From positions 271 through 64,270 of the forward strand of contig JAQUVX010000025.1 of NCBI GenBank assembly GCA_028693165.1: a stretch of DNA of 64,000 nt. Direction: 5' to 3'. The position numbers and the translations under genes were made by a program. This document shows, one piece after another, positions 28,860-38,317 of this stretch. The DNA is from Lachnospiraceae bacterium (GTDB lineage: Bacteria; Bacillota; Clostridia; Lachnospirales; Lachnospiraceae). Numbering within the stretch: position 1 is the first letter of the stretch; each line of letters opens with the position of its first letter. Below the pieces are notes generated by a model. That model worked only from the letters and a program-made list of their open reading frames with translations, was not told the DNA's origin and made no database searches.

Positions 28860-29663
28860 ATGGACTACATTAAGAATTATTCCCTGGAAGGCAAAGTTGC
28901 TCTGATCACCGGAGCATCTTATGGAATCGGCTTTGCAATCGCGAAGGCAATGGCTGGCGCTGGCGCTACCATCGTGTTCAACGATATCAAGCAGGAGCTG
29001 GTAGATAAAGGAATCGCAGCTTATGCGGCAGAGGGCATCAAGGCACATGGCTATGTATGCGACGTTACCGACGAGGACGGCGTGAATGCAACCGTAGCAA
29101 AGATCGAGCAGGAAGTGGGCGTGATCGACATTCTGGTCAACAACGCAGGCATTATCAAGAGAGTCCCGATGATCGAGATGGCAGCAAAAGATTTCCGTCA
29201 GGTAATCGATGTGGATCTGAATGCTCCGTTCATCGTTTCCAAAGCGGTTATCCCGAGCATGATCAAGAAGGGTCACGGAAAGATCATCAACATCTGCTCC
29301 ATGATGTCTGAGTTTGGCCGTGAGACCGTATCTGCATATGCAGCAGCAAAGGGCGGCTTAAAGATGCTGACCCGCAACATCTGTTCTGAGTATGGTGAGT
29401 ACAACATCCAGTGCAACGGTATCGGACCTGGCTACATCGCAACGCCTCAGACGGCTCCGCTGCGCGAGAAGCAGGCAGACGGTTCCAGACATCCGTTCGA
29501 TCAGTTTATCGTATCCAAGACTCCGGCTGGCCGCTGGGGCGAGGCTTCCGATCTTGGCGGACCGGCAGTATTCCTGGCATCCGATGCATCTGATTTTGTA
29601 AATGGACAGATTCTGTATGTCGATGGCGGCATCCAGGCTTACATCGGAAAACAGCCGTCCTAA
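28860..29663 (+). CDS. Short-chain dehydrogenase/reductase, gluconate 5-dehydrogenase-like
   Basis: TGASYGIG cofactor motif, YAAAKGG catalytic region, 267 aa. Confidence 0.75.
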   Translation: MDYIKNYSLEGKVALITGASYGIGFAIAKAMAGAGATIVFNDIKQELVDKGIAAYAAEGIKAHGYVCDVTDEDGVNATVAKIEQEVGVIDILVNNAGIIKRVPMIEMAAKDFRQVIDVDLNAPFIVSKAVIPSMIKKGHGKIINICSMMSEFGRETVSAYAAAKGGLKMLTRNICSEYGEYNIQCNGIGPGYIATPQTAPLREKQADGSRHPFDQFIVSKTPAGRWGEASDLGGPAVFLASDASDFVNGQILYVDGGIQAYIGKQPS

Positions 29664-29696
29664 TCACAGCAGTATACAGATGCGAGGGGGATTGGC

Positions 29697-30374
29697 ATGA
29701 GCGAAAAAGGTTATAAGAACCGTGGCGATTATGTGTTTGACACCCTCAAGGAAGAAATTCTGACATTGGAGTTGAAACCGGGACAGGCCATCAGTGAGAA
29801 CGAGATCTGTTCCCGGTTCGACGTCTCCCGGACACCGGTCCGTGAGGCACTCAGGCGTCTTCAGGAGCAGGGGTTTGTCAATACGGTTCCCTATTCGGGA
29901 ACGTATGTGACCCTGCTCAATCTGGACGACATCAAACAGATGATCTACATGCGTGTTGCGGTGGAATTGATGGTTATGCGGGATTTTATGAAGATTGCCA
30001 CGCCGCTTCTGCTGGAGGAGATCCGGCACCAGATTCGTTGTCAGAAGCTTCTGATTCAGGAACCGGGTTTTGAGCCGGAGCAGTTCTACCGCATGGATGC
30101 CCAGATGCACAGTATCTGGTTTGAGGCGACGAACCGCATGAAGCTGTGGGATTTCATCCAGGCACAGCAGCTCCATTATACCCGGTTTCGCATGCTGGAT
30201 TTCGTGACGGAGACGGATTTCACCCGCATTATCAAGGAACATTCTCATCTGCTGGAGCTTCTGGAGCAGAACGCGGAGTGTGGCCTTGAGGAAGCGCTGA
30301 AGCAGCATCTCTATATCAGCATGACGCGTATGAAGTATGCCATTGAGGTGGAATATAAGGATTATTTTCAATAG
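29697..30374 (+). CDS. GntR family transcriptional regulator (FCD-type)
   Basis: N-terminal wHTH with SENEICSRFDVSRTPVREALRRL. Confidence 0.85.
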   Translation: MSEKGYKNRGDYVFDTLKEEILTLELKPGQAISENEICSRFDVSRTPVREALRRLQEQGFVNTVPYSGTYVTLLNLDDIKQMIYMRVAVELMVMRDFMKIATPLLLEEIRHQIRCQKLLIQEPGFEPEQFYRMDAQMHSIWFEATNRMKLWDFIQAQQLHYTRFRMLDFVTETDFTRIIKEHSHLLELLEQNAECGLEEALKQHLYISMTRMKYAIEVEYKDYFQ

Positions 30375-30427
30375 AGATATTGTAAAAAACTGTTGCAATT
30401 TTCGTGTTAAGTGCTACAATAAGAGAC

Positions 30428-30500
30428 GGAGGCATAGCTCAGCTGGGAGAGCACTTGCATCACACGCAAGGGGTCGCAGGTTCGAGCCCTGTTGTCTCTA
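30428..30500 (+). tRNA. tRNA-Val (anticodon CAC), no encoded CCA
   Basis: Manual cloverleaf: acceptor GGAGGCA/UGUCUCU, D arm GCUC..GAGC, anticodon arm CUUGC-AUCACAC-GCAAG, T arm GCAGG-UUCGAGC-CCUGU. There are two G-U pairs in the acceptor stem, including 1-72. Confidence 0.7.
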
Positions 30501-30583
30501 GGGTTGTGCTAAGGAAGACCCGCTCGCGGGAACATTCCTTAGCGCAATTTATACATAGGAGGAACCAGCCTCCACAATATTCA

Positions 30584-30656
30584 GGGGACATAGCTCAGCT
30601 GGGAGAGCGTTGCGTTCGCAACGCAAAGGTCGCGGGTTCGAATCCCGTTGTCTCCA
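30584..30656 (+). tRNA. tRNA-Ala (anticodon CGC), no encoded CCA
   Basis: Manual cloverleaf with a G3-U70 pair in the GGGGACA/UGUCUCC acceptor stem. Anticodon loop UUCGCAA. Confidence 0.9.
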
Positions 30657-30661
30657 CTTTG

Positions 30662-30688
30662 AAAGCCTTGCAGATGCGGGGCTTTTTT
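30662..30688 (+). terminator. Terminator after the tRNA pair
   Basis: AAGCCUUGC / GCGGGGCUU hairpin followed by a U-run. Confidence 0.65.
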
Positions 30689-30812
30689 GCGTTACAGGAT
30701 ACAACTTGACGATATCCTCACAAAGTCGTATATTAATACCATATGAGTGAGCATACCATTGCGGATATAGCTCAGTACAAGGAGGAGTCCGCTCTTTTTC
30801 GGACAGAGATCA

Positions 30813-32249
30813 ATGAATAAATTTACAAAAAAAGCAAAGTATATTGCAGCCGTTTCCGGGCTTGCAGTCCTCGCCGTTTTCACATTACTTTTGATCAGTT
30901 TAGTTGCTGGGAGAGAGCCTGCGCGGGCCGCTCTGGAGTCCGTGGCGACTCCGGCCGCTGCCATGATCCGGGAGCAGGAGGCGGAGACGTCCGGGGAGAC
31001 AGCGTTTACGGGCTGGAAGGTGGAGGCGGGGATACAGCGCTACTATGAAGACGGCAAAACGGTGGGAAGCTGCTGGGTCGGCGATTATTATCTGAATGAT
31101 GCAGATCAGCTGGCGAAGGATGTGTTCGTGGTCTGGAAGGGTGGCCTCTACCATGTGGACGAGCACGGGAAAGTGAATCGCGGCCGATTTTCGGACGGAG
31201 AAAAAGAGTATTATGCAAATGAGGACGGTCTGATCAGTTTTTCAACCTGGATTCTTCATGGACAGGAATGGCTGTATTTGTCGGAGGATGGCTCTATTTT
31301 GAAGAATGGAGTGACTCCGGATGGCTATCTGATGGATGTAAACGGCGAGATCGTGGATGATGGCTATGCAGAGTATGCGGAATTCCAGTATTCGGATAAA
31401 AATCTGCGCCTGAATCTTGGCGCGGGTGATTTGATCTGGAAATATCTCAAGAAAAGGGGATGGACGAATACGGCGATCGCTGGTATGCTTGGCAATTTCC
31501 AGCAGGAGAGTCATCTGAGTCCGAGCCTGATTGAGAGCAATGGAATCGGTTACGGCTTGGGACAATGGAGCTTTGGACGCAGGGCAGGACTTGAAGCATA
31601 TGCGAAAAGCCTTGGAAAGCCGGTCAATGATATCTATATGCAGTTGGATTATCTGATGGTGGAGCCGGGAGAGAGCTCTTACGTGCGGACTTATATGAAG
31701 ACGGATTTTTCTTCCGCAGCCGAGGCGGCGATTGCATGGTGCAATGACTGGGAGCGCCCTAACAAGGCGAAAGCGCGTCTTGCATCCGTCCGGATTCCAT
31801 ATGCGATGGCCTACTATGGGCATTATGTGGATGGCGTGAAGTATATGGAATCGTCTTATTCGATGGAAGATCCGGTTTATCTGGACGATGAGAACGAGAC
31901 TGCGGAGGATCAGGAAAATTCAGAGTACACCCCTCTGACCGATGCGTCGGGCAATCCGACGATTGGATGGATCTATGATGCCGGAGGCTGGTGGTATCGC
32001 TATGAGAATGGAGATTATGCGGCCGACCAATGGGTCATGATTGATGGAGAGTGGTACTATTTTGGCGCGGATGGCTATATGGAGAGCGGACAGTGGATCA
32101 CCGACAGACATGGCATGAATTACCAGCTCGATGAGGAAGGGCATATTATTCCGTCGGAGGAGGCGATGAAGGCTTCCGCGGCCTCAGCAGTGATTACGGC
32201 AGGAGTCAGCGGCGGGGCAACACCATCCGATGCACGGGAAAACCCATAA
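30813..32249 (+). CDS. Secreted cell-wall hydrolase: lysozyme-like (phage tail lysozyme type) domain plus cell-wall-binding repeats
   Basis: Signal anchor. The central region GMLGNFQQESHLSP...GYGLGQWSFGRR resembles the phage tail lysozyme family. GW..G.WYY-type CW_binding_1 repeats occur at both ends. Confidence 0.7.
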   Translation: MNKFTKKAKYIAAVSGLAVLAVFTLLLISLVAGREPARAALESVATPAAAMIREQEAETSGETAFTGWKVEAGIQRYYEDGKTVGSCWVGDYYLNDADQLAKDVFVVWKGGLYHVDEHGKVNRGRFSDGEKEYYANEDGLISFSTWILHGQEWLYLSEDGSILKNGVTPDGYLMDVNGEIVDDGYAEYAEFQYSDKNLRLNLGAGDLIWKYLKKRGWTNTAIAGMLGNFQQESHLSPSLIESNGIGYGLGQWSFGRRAGLEAYAKSLGKPVNDIYMQLDYLMVEPGESSYVRTYMKTDFSSAAEAAIAWCNDWERPNKAKARLASVRIPYAMAYYGHYVDGVKYMESSYSMEDPVYLDDENETAEDQENSEYTPLTDASGNPTIGWIYDAGGWWYRYENGDYAADQWVMIDGEWYYFGADGYMESGQWITDRHGMNYQLDEEGHIIPSEEAMKASAASAVITAGVSGGATPSDARENP

Positions 32250-32472
32250 ATAGAAAAGAAAGACGGCCTTGAAATGTAAAAAGTTCAAGGCTGTTTTGTG
32301 GTATTTCGATATGGTTTGACGTAAATACAAATGTCGATGCATGAACCAGATAATTACTAGTAAATGGGAATAAATTTACAGTGCTTCACTATTATAATGT
32401 AGTATCCAAATAGTTCCCGATGAAAGGGAGAAAGGGGAATAATTCAACGCCTCAAAAGAGGAGCATTGGATT

Positions 32473-33213
32473 ATGCGTATGACTATGAGAGATATTACAT
32501 TATGCCACCCGCGTTTGCAGGTACTGGCATCGCGCCTGGTGGAGGAGTGCAACAAACAGGGGCTGGCAATCAAGATCGGTGAGACCCTGCGCACGGCAGC
32601 GGAGCAGGATGCTCTGTACGGGCAGGGACGCACCAGGCCGGGACACATTGTGACCAACGCACCGGGCAGCAGCTACAGTTCCTACCATCAGTGGGGCACA
32701 GCGTTTGATGTTTACCGTAACGATGGTCAGGGAGCCTACCATGAGGCAGACAATTTCTTTGATAAGATCGGAGTGATTGGTGTGAGCATTGGCCTGGAGT
32801 GGGGCGGTAACTGGAAATCTATCGTGGATAAGCCGCACTTCCAGCTGCCTGACTGGGGTTCCGGCACCTCCGAAATCAAAAAACTGTACAAGACACCGGA
32901 TGAATTTATGAAAACATGGGAGTCAGCCGAGGAGAAGGCCGGCTGGATTAAGAATGGCACCGGCTGGTGGTATCGGTACGAGGACGGCACAAATCCGGCC
33001 AACAAGTGGCTGCTGATCAACAGCCATTATTATCTGTTTAATCAAAATGGTTACATGTGCACCGGCTGGCACAGGTGGAACGGATCCGTCACAGATCCGG
33101 CGGATGGTACCGGTGACTGGTACTTTTTGGATAACACCACAAACGGTCCGTTTGAAGGTGCATGCTGGCATTCCAGGGACAATGGAGCGCAGGAAATCTG
33201 GTATGTGCAGTAA
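32473..33213 (+). CDS. M15-family (VanY/endolysin-type) peptidoglycan peptidase with cell-wall-binding repeats
   Basis: The SYHQWGTAFD and DKPHFQ motifs are typical of the M15 Zn-peptidase fold. The C-terminus has GWWYRYEDG / YYLFNQNGYM repeats. Confidence 0.75.
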   Translation: MRMTMRDITLCHPRLQVLASRLVEECNKQGLAIKIGETLRTAAEQDALYGQGRTRPGHIVTNAPGSSYSSYHQWGTAFDVYRNDGQGAYHEADNFFDKIGVIGVSIGLEWGGNWKSIVDKPHFQLPDWGSGTSEIKKLYKTPDEFMKTWESAEEKAGWIKNGTGWWYRYEDGTNPANKWLLINSHYYLFNQNGYMCTGWHRWNGSVTDPADGTGDWYFLDNTTNGPFEGACWHSRDNGAQEIWYVQ

Positions 33214-33329
33214 GACTTAAAGCGTGGTGGTGGCAGGGGGACTGCTGACAAGTATATTACCGAAAAACAAAAACACTGGGAACCCCTTTATTTTAGAGGT
33301 GTCCCAGCGTTTGCAAGAAGAATAAAAAA

Positions 33330-33403
33330 TCGGGGCAACAAGATTTGAACTTGCGACCTCTCGGCCCCCAGCCGAGCGCGCTACCAAGCTACGCCATACC
33401 CCG
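33330..33403 (-). tRNA. tRNA-Pro (anticodon GGG)
   Basis: Manual cloverleaf on the minus strand: CGGGGUA acceptor, anticodon arm CUCGG-CUGGGGG-CCGAG, T loop UUCAAAU. Confidence 0.9.
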
Positions 33404-33534
33404 ATAAACTTAAGCTCTGTTATTATAGCAGATAATTGAGATTTTGAAAAGAGGTTTACATCAGGTTTCGAATTTGTTATCATTGTGAGTAGGAATAAAG
33501 AAATGATTACCGGCGATGAGAGGACAAAAAGGAC

Positions 33535-34314
33535 ATGAAGGGGATAGCCTGTTTTGACATGGATATGACGCTCTTGAATCATGCGGATTTTAAGATTCCG
33601 GAGAGCGCCACGCGTGCGATCAAGCGGCTGAGAGATCGGTACTATATCGTGATTGCCACGGGACGCGACATGGACAGCAAGTTCAGCGAAGGGCTGACGG
33701 AGCTTGTAAATCCTGATGCCATTATCCATTTGAATGGAACCAAGATTACGGTAGGGGACACGCTTATTTACGAGCATCTCATGAAGAAGGAGCTGGTGGA
33801 ACGGCTGCTGCATTTTTCGGAAGGAAAAGAATTTGCAGTGGGAATCACGACGGGGACCGAGGATTATTATATGAATCCGGAGTTTGTCCGCGTGCACGAC
33901 ATGAGGCGCTGGGGGCAGTCGGACCGAAACTTTAAGGACCCATGGAAGCTGCTTGCGATGGATGTGCGGACGATGACGTATATCGGCAGGGAGGACGGCA
34001 CGGAGCTTTTGGAGAACGCATTTCCGGAGCTGAAATTTCCGCTGTTTTCCAGCAGGGAGGGCGCAGACATTATCGAGCTGGAGGCATCTAAGGCGGAGGG
34101 GCTGAAGCGCCTGTGCCAGTATTACGATATCCCGATTTCCCATACGGTGGCGTTTGGCGACAGCATGAACGATTATGAGATCCTGAAGCTGGCGGGGATC
34201 GGCGTGGCGATGGGCAATGGAATCGAACAGATTAAACAGGTGGCGGACTATGTGACGACGGCGATCGACCAAGATGGCGTGTGGAATGCATGTGAAGCGC
34301 TGCGCCTGTTTTGA
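33535..34314 (+). CDS. Cof-type HAD-IIB phosphatase
   Basis: CFDMDMTLL (DxD) N-terminal motif and FGDSMNDYEIL C-terminal motif. Confidence 0.85.
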   Translation: MKGIACFDMDMTLLNHADFKIPESATRAIKRLRDRYYIVIATGRDMDSKFSEGLTELVNPDAIIHLNGTKITVGDTLIYEHLMKKELVERLLHFSEGKEFAVGITTGTEDYYMNPEFVRVHDMRRWGQSDRNFKDPWKLLAMDVRTMTYIGREDGTELLENAFPELKFPLFSSREGADIIELEASKAEGLKRLCQYYDIPISHTVAFGDSMNDYEILKLAGIGVAMGNGIEQIKQVADYVTTAIDQDGVWNACEALRLF

Positions 34315-34350
34315 TGTTATTATTTGCGGCAGGAAGAAGGAAAATGAGGT

Positions 34351-35790
34351 ATGGCAAATTATTATGATTTGATTATTATTGGTGCGGGACCGGGTGGATA
34401 CACGGCAGCGATTAAGGCGGCGGGATTCGGCATGAAGGTGGCGGTCATTGACCAGGACAAGCTGGGCGGCGTCTGCATTAACCGCGGGTGCATTCCGACG
34501 AAGGCATTGCTGTACGCGTCCAATATTTTTTCCATGATGCAGCACTGTGATGAATTTGGTGTTTCCACGGATTTTATTTCATTTGATTTTGCAAAGATGC
34601 AGGATTACAAGAAACGTTCCGTGCGCAAGTACCGCGGGGAGATCGAGAAGCTGTTTGAGCGAAACGGCATCGATTTTATCAAAGGGACGGCCACGCTGCG
34701 CCGCGAGCGGATGGTGGAAGTGAACAATGAAAATGGCCGGGAGTATTTCCAGGGCAAGCAGATTATCCTTGCCACGGGTGCGAAAGCGATTATGCCGGAG
34801 ATCCCGGGGATTCATCAGCCGGGGATTATCAACAGTGACCGTCTGCTGGCGGTGACCAACTGGAATTATGACCGGGTGGTGATTCTGGGTGGCGGAGTGA
34901 TCGGCGTGGAGTTTGCCACGATCTTTCAGGCGCTGTGCGCGAAGGTAACGATTATCGAGAAGGGGCCGCATCTGCTGGGGCCGATGGACCGGGAGGTTTC
35001 GGCTGCATTGGAGAAGCAGCTGACGAAGAAGGGCATCAGCATTCACTGCAACACGACTGTGGAAGAAATCAGCAGAGAGGAAGGCCTGATCTGCCGAATT
35101 CACGATCATACCACGGAGGAGGAAAGCTGCCTGAGAGCGAGTCAGGTTGTGGTTGCAGTAGGCAGAACACCGTATTTAAACGGGCTTGTCGGAGAAGACG
35201 TAACGCTTGAGATGGATCAGGGACGCCTGGTGGTGGACGGCGATTTTCAGACCAGTGAGCCGGGTGTTTACGCGGTTGGCGATATGGTGGCGAAGACGCA
35301 GCTGGCGCATGTGGCGATGGCGCAGGCGACCTATGTGGTCGAAACCATTGCAGGACGTGCACACAGCATTCGCCTTGAGGCGGTGCCGAACGGGATGTAC
35401 GTCTCACTTCCGATCGTGCCGAACTGTATCTATACGGTGCCGGAGATTGCCACGGTCGGGATCACGGAGCAGACGGCCAAGGAGCTTGGCATGAAGGTGC
35501 GCTGCGGCGTTTACACTATGGACGGCAACGGCAAATCGATCATTGCCAAGGAGGAGGACGGGTTTATCCGTCTGATTTTTGAGTCGTATTCCAATACGAT
35601 CGTGGGGGCACAGATGGTTTGCCCGAGAGCGACGGATATGATTGGCGAGATGGCGACGGCTATTGCAAATGGTCTGACTGCAAAGCAGCTTTCACGGGCG
35701 ATGCGAGCGCATCCGACCTACGGTGAGGGCATTACGGTTGCAATTGAAGACGCGATGAAGGATAAAGTAGAAAAGAGGAAAATACAATGA
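34351..35790 (+). CDS. Dihydrolipoyl dehydrogenase-like pyridine nucleotide-disulfide oxidoreductase
   Basis: GAGPGG FAD motif, GGVCINRGCIPTK redox-disulfide motif, 479 aa. Confidence 0.85.
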   Translation: MANYYDLIIIGAGPGGYTAAIKAAGFGMKVAVIDQDKLGGVCINRGCIPTKALLYASNIFSMMQHCDEFGVSTDFISFDFAKMQDYKKRSVRKYRGEIEKLFERNGIDFIKGTATLRRERMVEVNNENGREYFQGKQIILATGAKAIMPEIPGIHQPGIINSDRLLAVTNWNYDRVVILGGGVIGVEFATIFQALCAKVTIIEKGPHLLGPMDREVSAALEKQLTKKGISIHCNTTVEEISREEGLICRIHDHTTEEESCLRASQVVVAVGRTPYLNGLVGEDVTLEMDQGRLVVDGDFQTSEPGVYAVGDMVAKTQLAHVAMAQATYVVETIAGRAHSIRLEAVPNGMYVSLPIVPNCIYTVPEIATVGITEQTAKELGMKVRCGVYTMDGNGKSIIAKEEDGFIRLIFESYSNTIVGAQMVCPRATDMIGEMATAIANGLTAKQLSRAMRAHPTYGEGITVAIEDAMKDKVEKRKIQ

Positions 35791-37586
35791 GTGAGGTTCC
35801 AGAGAGAATTGCAGCATTACGCGAATTGATGGAGGAGGGACGGATTGACGCATATCTGATTCCGACCTCGGATTATCATGAATCAGAATATGTGGGCGAG
35901 CATTTTGCCTGCCGGAACTATATGACAGGCTTCACCGGATCGGCTGGTACGGCGCTGATCATGCAGGACTGGGCCGGTGTGTGGACGGATGGCCGCTATT
36001 TTGTGCAGGCGGCTGCGGAGCTGGCAGACAGCGGTGTGACGCTGATGAAGATGGGGCAGCCGGAGGTGCCGACGCTGGAGGAATATCTGGAAGAACATAT
36101 GCCGATGCTGGGAACGCTGGGATTTGACGGCCGGGTTATCAACAGTAAGATCGGCGAGGAACTGAAGAAGCGTCTGGAAAGCAAGAAGATTTCCTTTGCA
36201 TACACGGAGGCACTGGTCGGAGATATCTGGGAGGACCGCCCTCCGCTTTCAGCAGAGCCGGTCTGGATTCTGGAGGATCGCTATGCGGGGAAACCGGCCG
36301 TTCAGAAGATTGCAGATCTGCGCGCCGAGATGGAGAAACGCCGCGCCGATGTGCATATTTTGACGACGCTGGATGACATTGTGTGGCTGTTAAATATCCG
36401 TGGCAACGACATTCCGTGCAATCCGGTGGTATTGTCCTATGTGACTGTCACGAAGGACAGTCTGAATTTGTTTATCAATCAAAAGACGCTGTCTGGAGAG
36501 GTTCGTGCTTATCTGGAGGGACTGGGCGTGACCATCTGTGACTATCAGGAGATTTACACGAATGCACAGCAGATTCGCTGCAGCCGGGTGCTTCTGGAGA
36601 AGGGCAAGGTCAATTACATGATCGTGCAGTGTCTGGATGAATCCAATGTGATTCTGGACGAGATGAATCCGACAGTGCTGGCAAAGGCCCAGAAGACGGC
36701 GGTGGAGATTGAGAATTTAAAGGCGGCGCACATCAAAGACGGCGTGGCGATGACCAAATATATTTACTGGCTGAAACACAATATCGGCAAGATTCCGATG
36801 ACCGAGTGTTCGGTGGAGGATTATCTGGAAACCCTTCGCCGGGAACAGGGGGCGATCGAACTCAGCTTTACGACGATTTCGGCGTATGGTGCGAATGCGG
36901 CGATGTGCCATTACCATGCAGTGCCGGGACATTGTGCAACGCTTGAGCCGAGGGGGCTTTATCTGGTGGATTCCGGCGGACAGTATCTGGAGGGGACGAC
37001 GGATATCACGAGAACCTTGGCGCTGGGGCCGGTAACGGAGGCGGAGCGGGAGCATTATACTCTCGTATTGATGGGAATGCTTCGGCTGGGACACGTGAAA
37101 TTCATGAAGGGCTGCAGCGGTCTGAGCCTGGATTATGCAGCGCGAGAACCGCTCTGGAAGCGGGGACTTGACTTCAACCACGGTACCGGTCACGGCGTCG
37201 GCTATCTCCTGAACGTGCATGAGCGTCCGGTGGGCATTCGTTTCCGGGTTGTGCCGGAGCGCCAGGACAGTGCGCCGTTCCTGCCGGGGATGGTGTGTTC
37301 CGATGAACCGGGTCTGTATATTGAGGGAAGCCATGGAATCCGGACCGAGAATATGATTTTCTGCAAAGAGGCGGAGACGACGCAGTTTGGACAATTTTTG
37401 TGCTTTGAGTTTCTGACCTACGCACCGATTGATCTGGAGCCGGTGGATGTATCTTTGATGGAAGAACAGGATATCGCTTACTTAAACGAATATCACGCGC
37501 AGGTGTACGAAAAGATTGCCCCGTATCTGACCGGGGAAGAGGCCGCATGGCTGAAGAAAGTCACACAGCCTCTGAGAAAATTATAA
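35787..37586 (+). CDS. Xaa-Pro aminopeptidase (M24B, aminopeptidase P family)
   Basis: 599-aa protein with a C-terminal pita-bread domain (HGTGHGVG, SDEPG). ATGA overlap with the upstream gene. Confidence 0.85.
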   Translation: MSEVPERIAALRELMEEGRIDAYLIPTSDYHESEYVGEHFACRNYMTGFTGSAGTALIMQDWAGVWTDGRYFVQAAAELADSGVTLMKMGQPEVPTLEEYLEEHMPMLGTLGFDGRVINSKIGEELKKRLESKKISFAYTEALVGDIWEDRPPLSAEPVWILEDRYAGKPAVQKIADLRAEMEKRRADVHILTTLDDIVWLLNIRGNDIPCNPVVLSYVTVTKDSLNLFINQKTLSGEVRAYLEGLGVTICDYQEIYTNAQQIRCSRVLLEKGKVNYMIVQCLDESNVILDEMNPTVLAKAQKTAVEIENLKAAHIKDGVAMTKYIYWLKHNIGKIPMTECSVEDYLETLRREQGAIELSFTTISAYGANAAMCHYHAVPGHCATLEPRGLYLVDSGGQYLEGTTDITRTLALGPVTEAEREHYTLVLMGMLRLGHVKFMKGCSGLSLDYAAREPLWKRGLDFNHGTGHGVGYLLNVHERPVGIRFRVVPERQDSAPFLPGMVCSDEPGLYIEGSHGIRTENMIFCKEAETTQFGQFLCFEFLTYAPIDLEPVDVSLMEEQDIAYLNEYHAQVYEKIAPYLTGEEAAWLKKVTQPLRKL

Positions 37587-37589
37587 GGG

Positions 37590-38189
37590 TCAGTCCTCCC
37601 ATGGGAGGTCGACGATGGTATAGGGATGCCGCACATAAGGCAGAAAGATGTCCAAAATATCCTGTGTGCGGATCTTTAAGCTCGCGGTATTGATACAGGG
37701 ATGGCAGCCGATGAAGGCATGGTGGTCGATCACATCTTTGTCGATCAGCAGCCGGACGCGCAGGTGTTTGTCATTCATAAGCCCAAGAACGCTGACGGAG
37801 CCTGGGGTAATGTCCAGGAATTCTTCCATGTATTCGGGCGCGGCAAAGGACAGGCGGGAACTCCCGATCTGTTTTGAGAGGCGGGCCGTTTTGAATTTTT
37901 TGTGTCCGGGCATCATAAGAAGGTAGAAATCTGTTTTTTGTGCATTGCACAGAAACAGATTTTTGCATATTTCAATATCCAGCCGCTTGTCTACATCATG
38001 GCAGGCTTCGATGGTTGCGGTCGCATCGTGATCCAGCCGCCAGTATGGGATATGCAGCGCATCAAGAAGATCGTAGGTGCACAGTTCCTTAGGAAGCCGC
38101 CCGGTCGTGTCGGCCGGACGTCCGGTATAAAGCGTCGGGTCCAAATAAAAGGAGTCAGTGGAAATGGTCGTCTGGGTTATCTGGGTCAT
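37590..38189 (-). CDS. YbaK/ProX-type aminoacyl-tRNA deacylase domain protein
   Basis: The KNLFL...PGSVSVLG pattern is typical of the YbaK/prolyl-tRNA synthetase associated editing domain. Confidence 0.75.
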   Translation of the reverse strand: MTQITQTTISTDSFYLDPTLYTGRPADTTGRLPKELCTYDLLDALHIPYWRLDHDATATIEACHDVDKRLDIEICKNLFLCNAQKTDFYLLMMPGHKKFKTARLSKQIGSSRLSFAAPEYMEEFLDITPGSVSVLGLMNDKHLRVRLLIDKDVIDHHAFIGCHPCINTASLKIRTQDILDIFLPYVRHPYTIVDLPWED

Positions 38190-38317
38190 GGAAAGGTCCT
38201 CCTGGAGTAGTTTGATGATTATGAATAGTTATAGTCTATTTTAGAAGAAAATACAAGTAGCTGCGTAGTTGTGCAGCTGTGGGACTGCAGCCGCTGCCGG
38301 GATGGCAGGGGGCAGAG

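Noticed and set aside
28194-29276. 360-aa minus-strand ORF
   Set aside because: It is antisense to cotJC and the SDR gene, both of which are confidently identified, and it spans their intergenic promoter region.
30404-30709. 101-aa plus-strand ORF
   Set aside because: It reads straight through two tRNA genes and their terminator.
33217-34545. 442-aa minus-strand ORF
   Set aside because: It overlaps the tRNA-Pro gene, the HAD phosphatase gene and the start of the lpdA-like gene, and its product is a low-complexity Arg/His-rich sequence. It is spurious.
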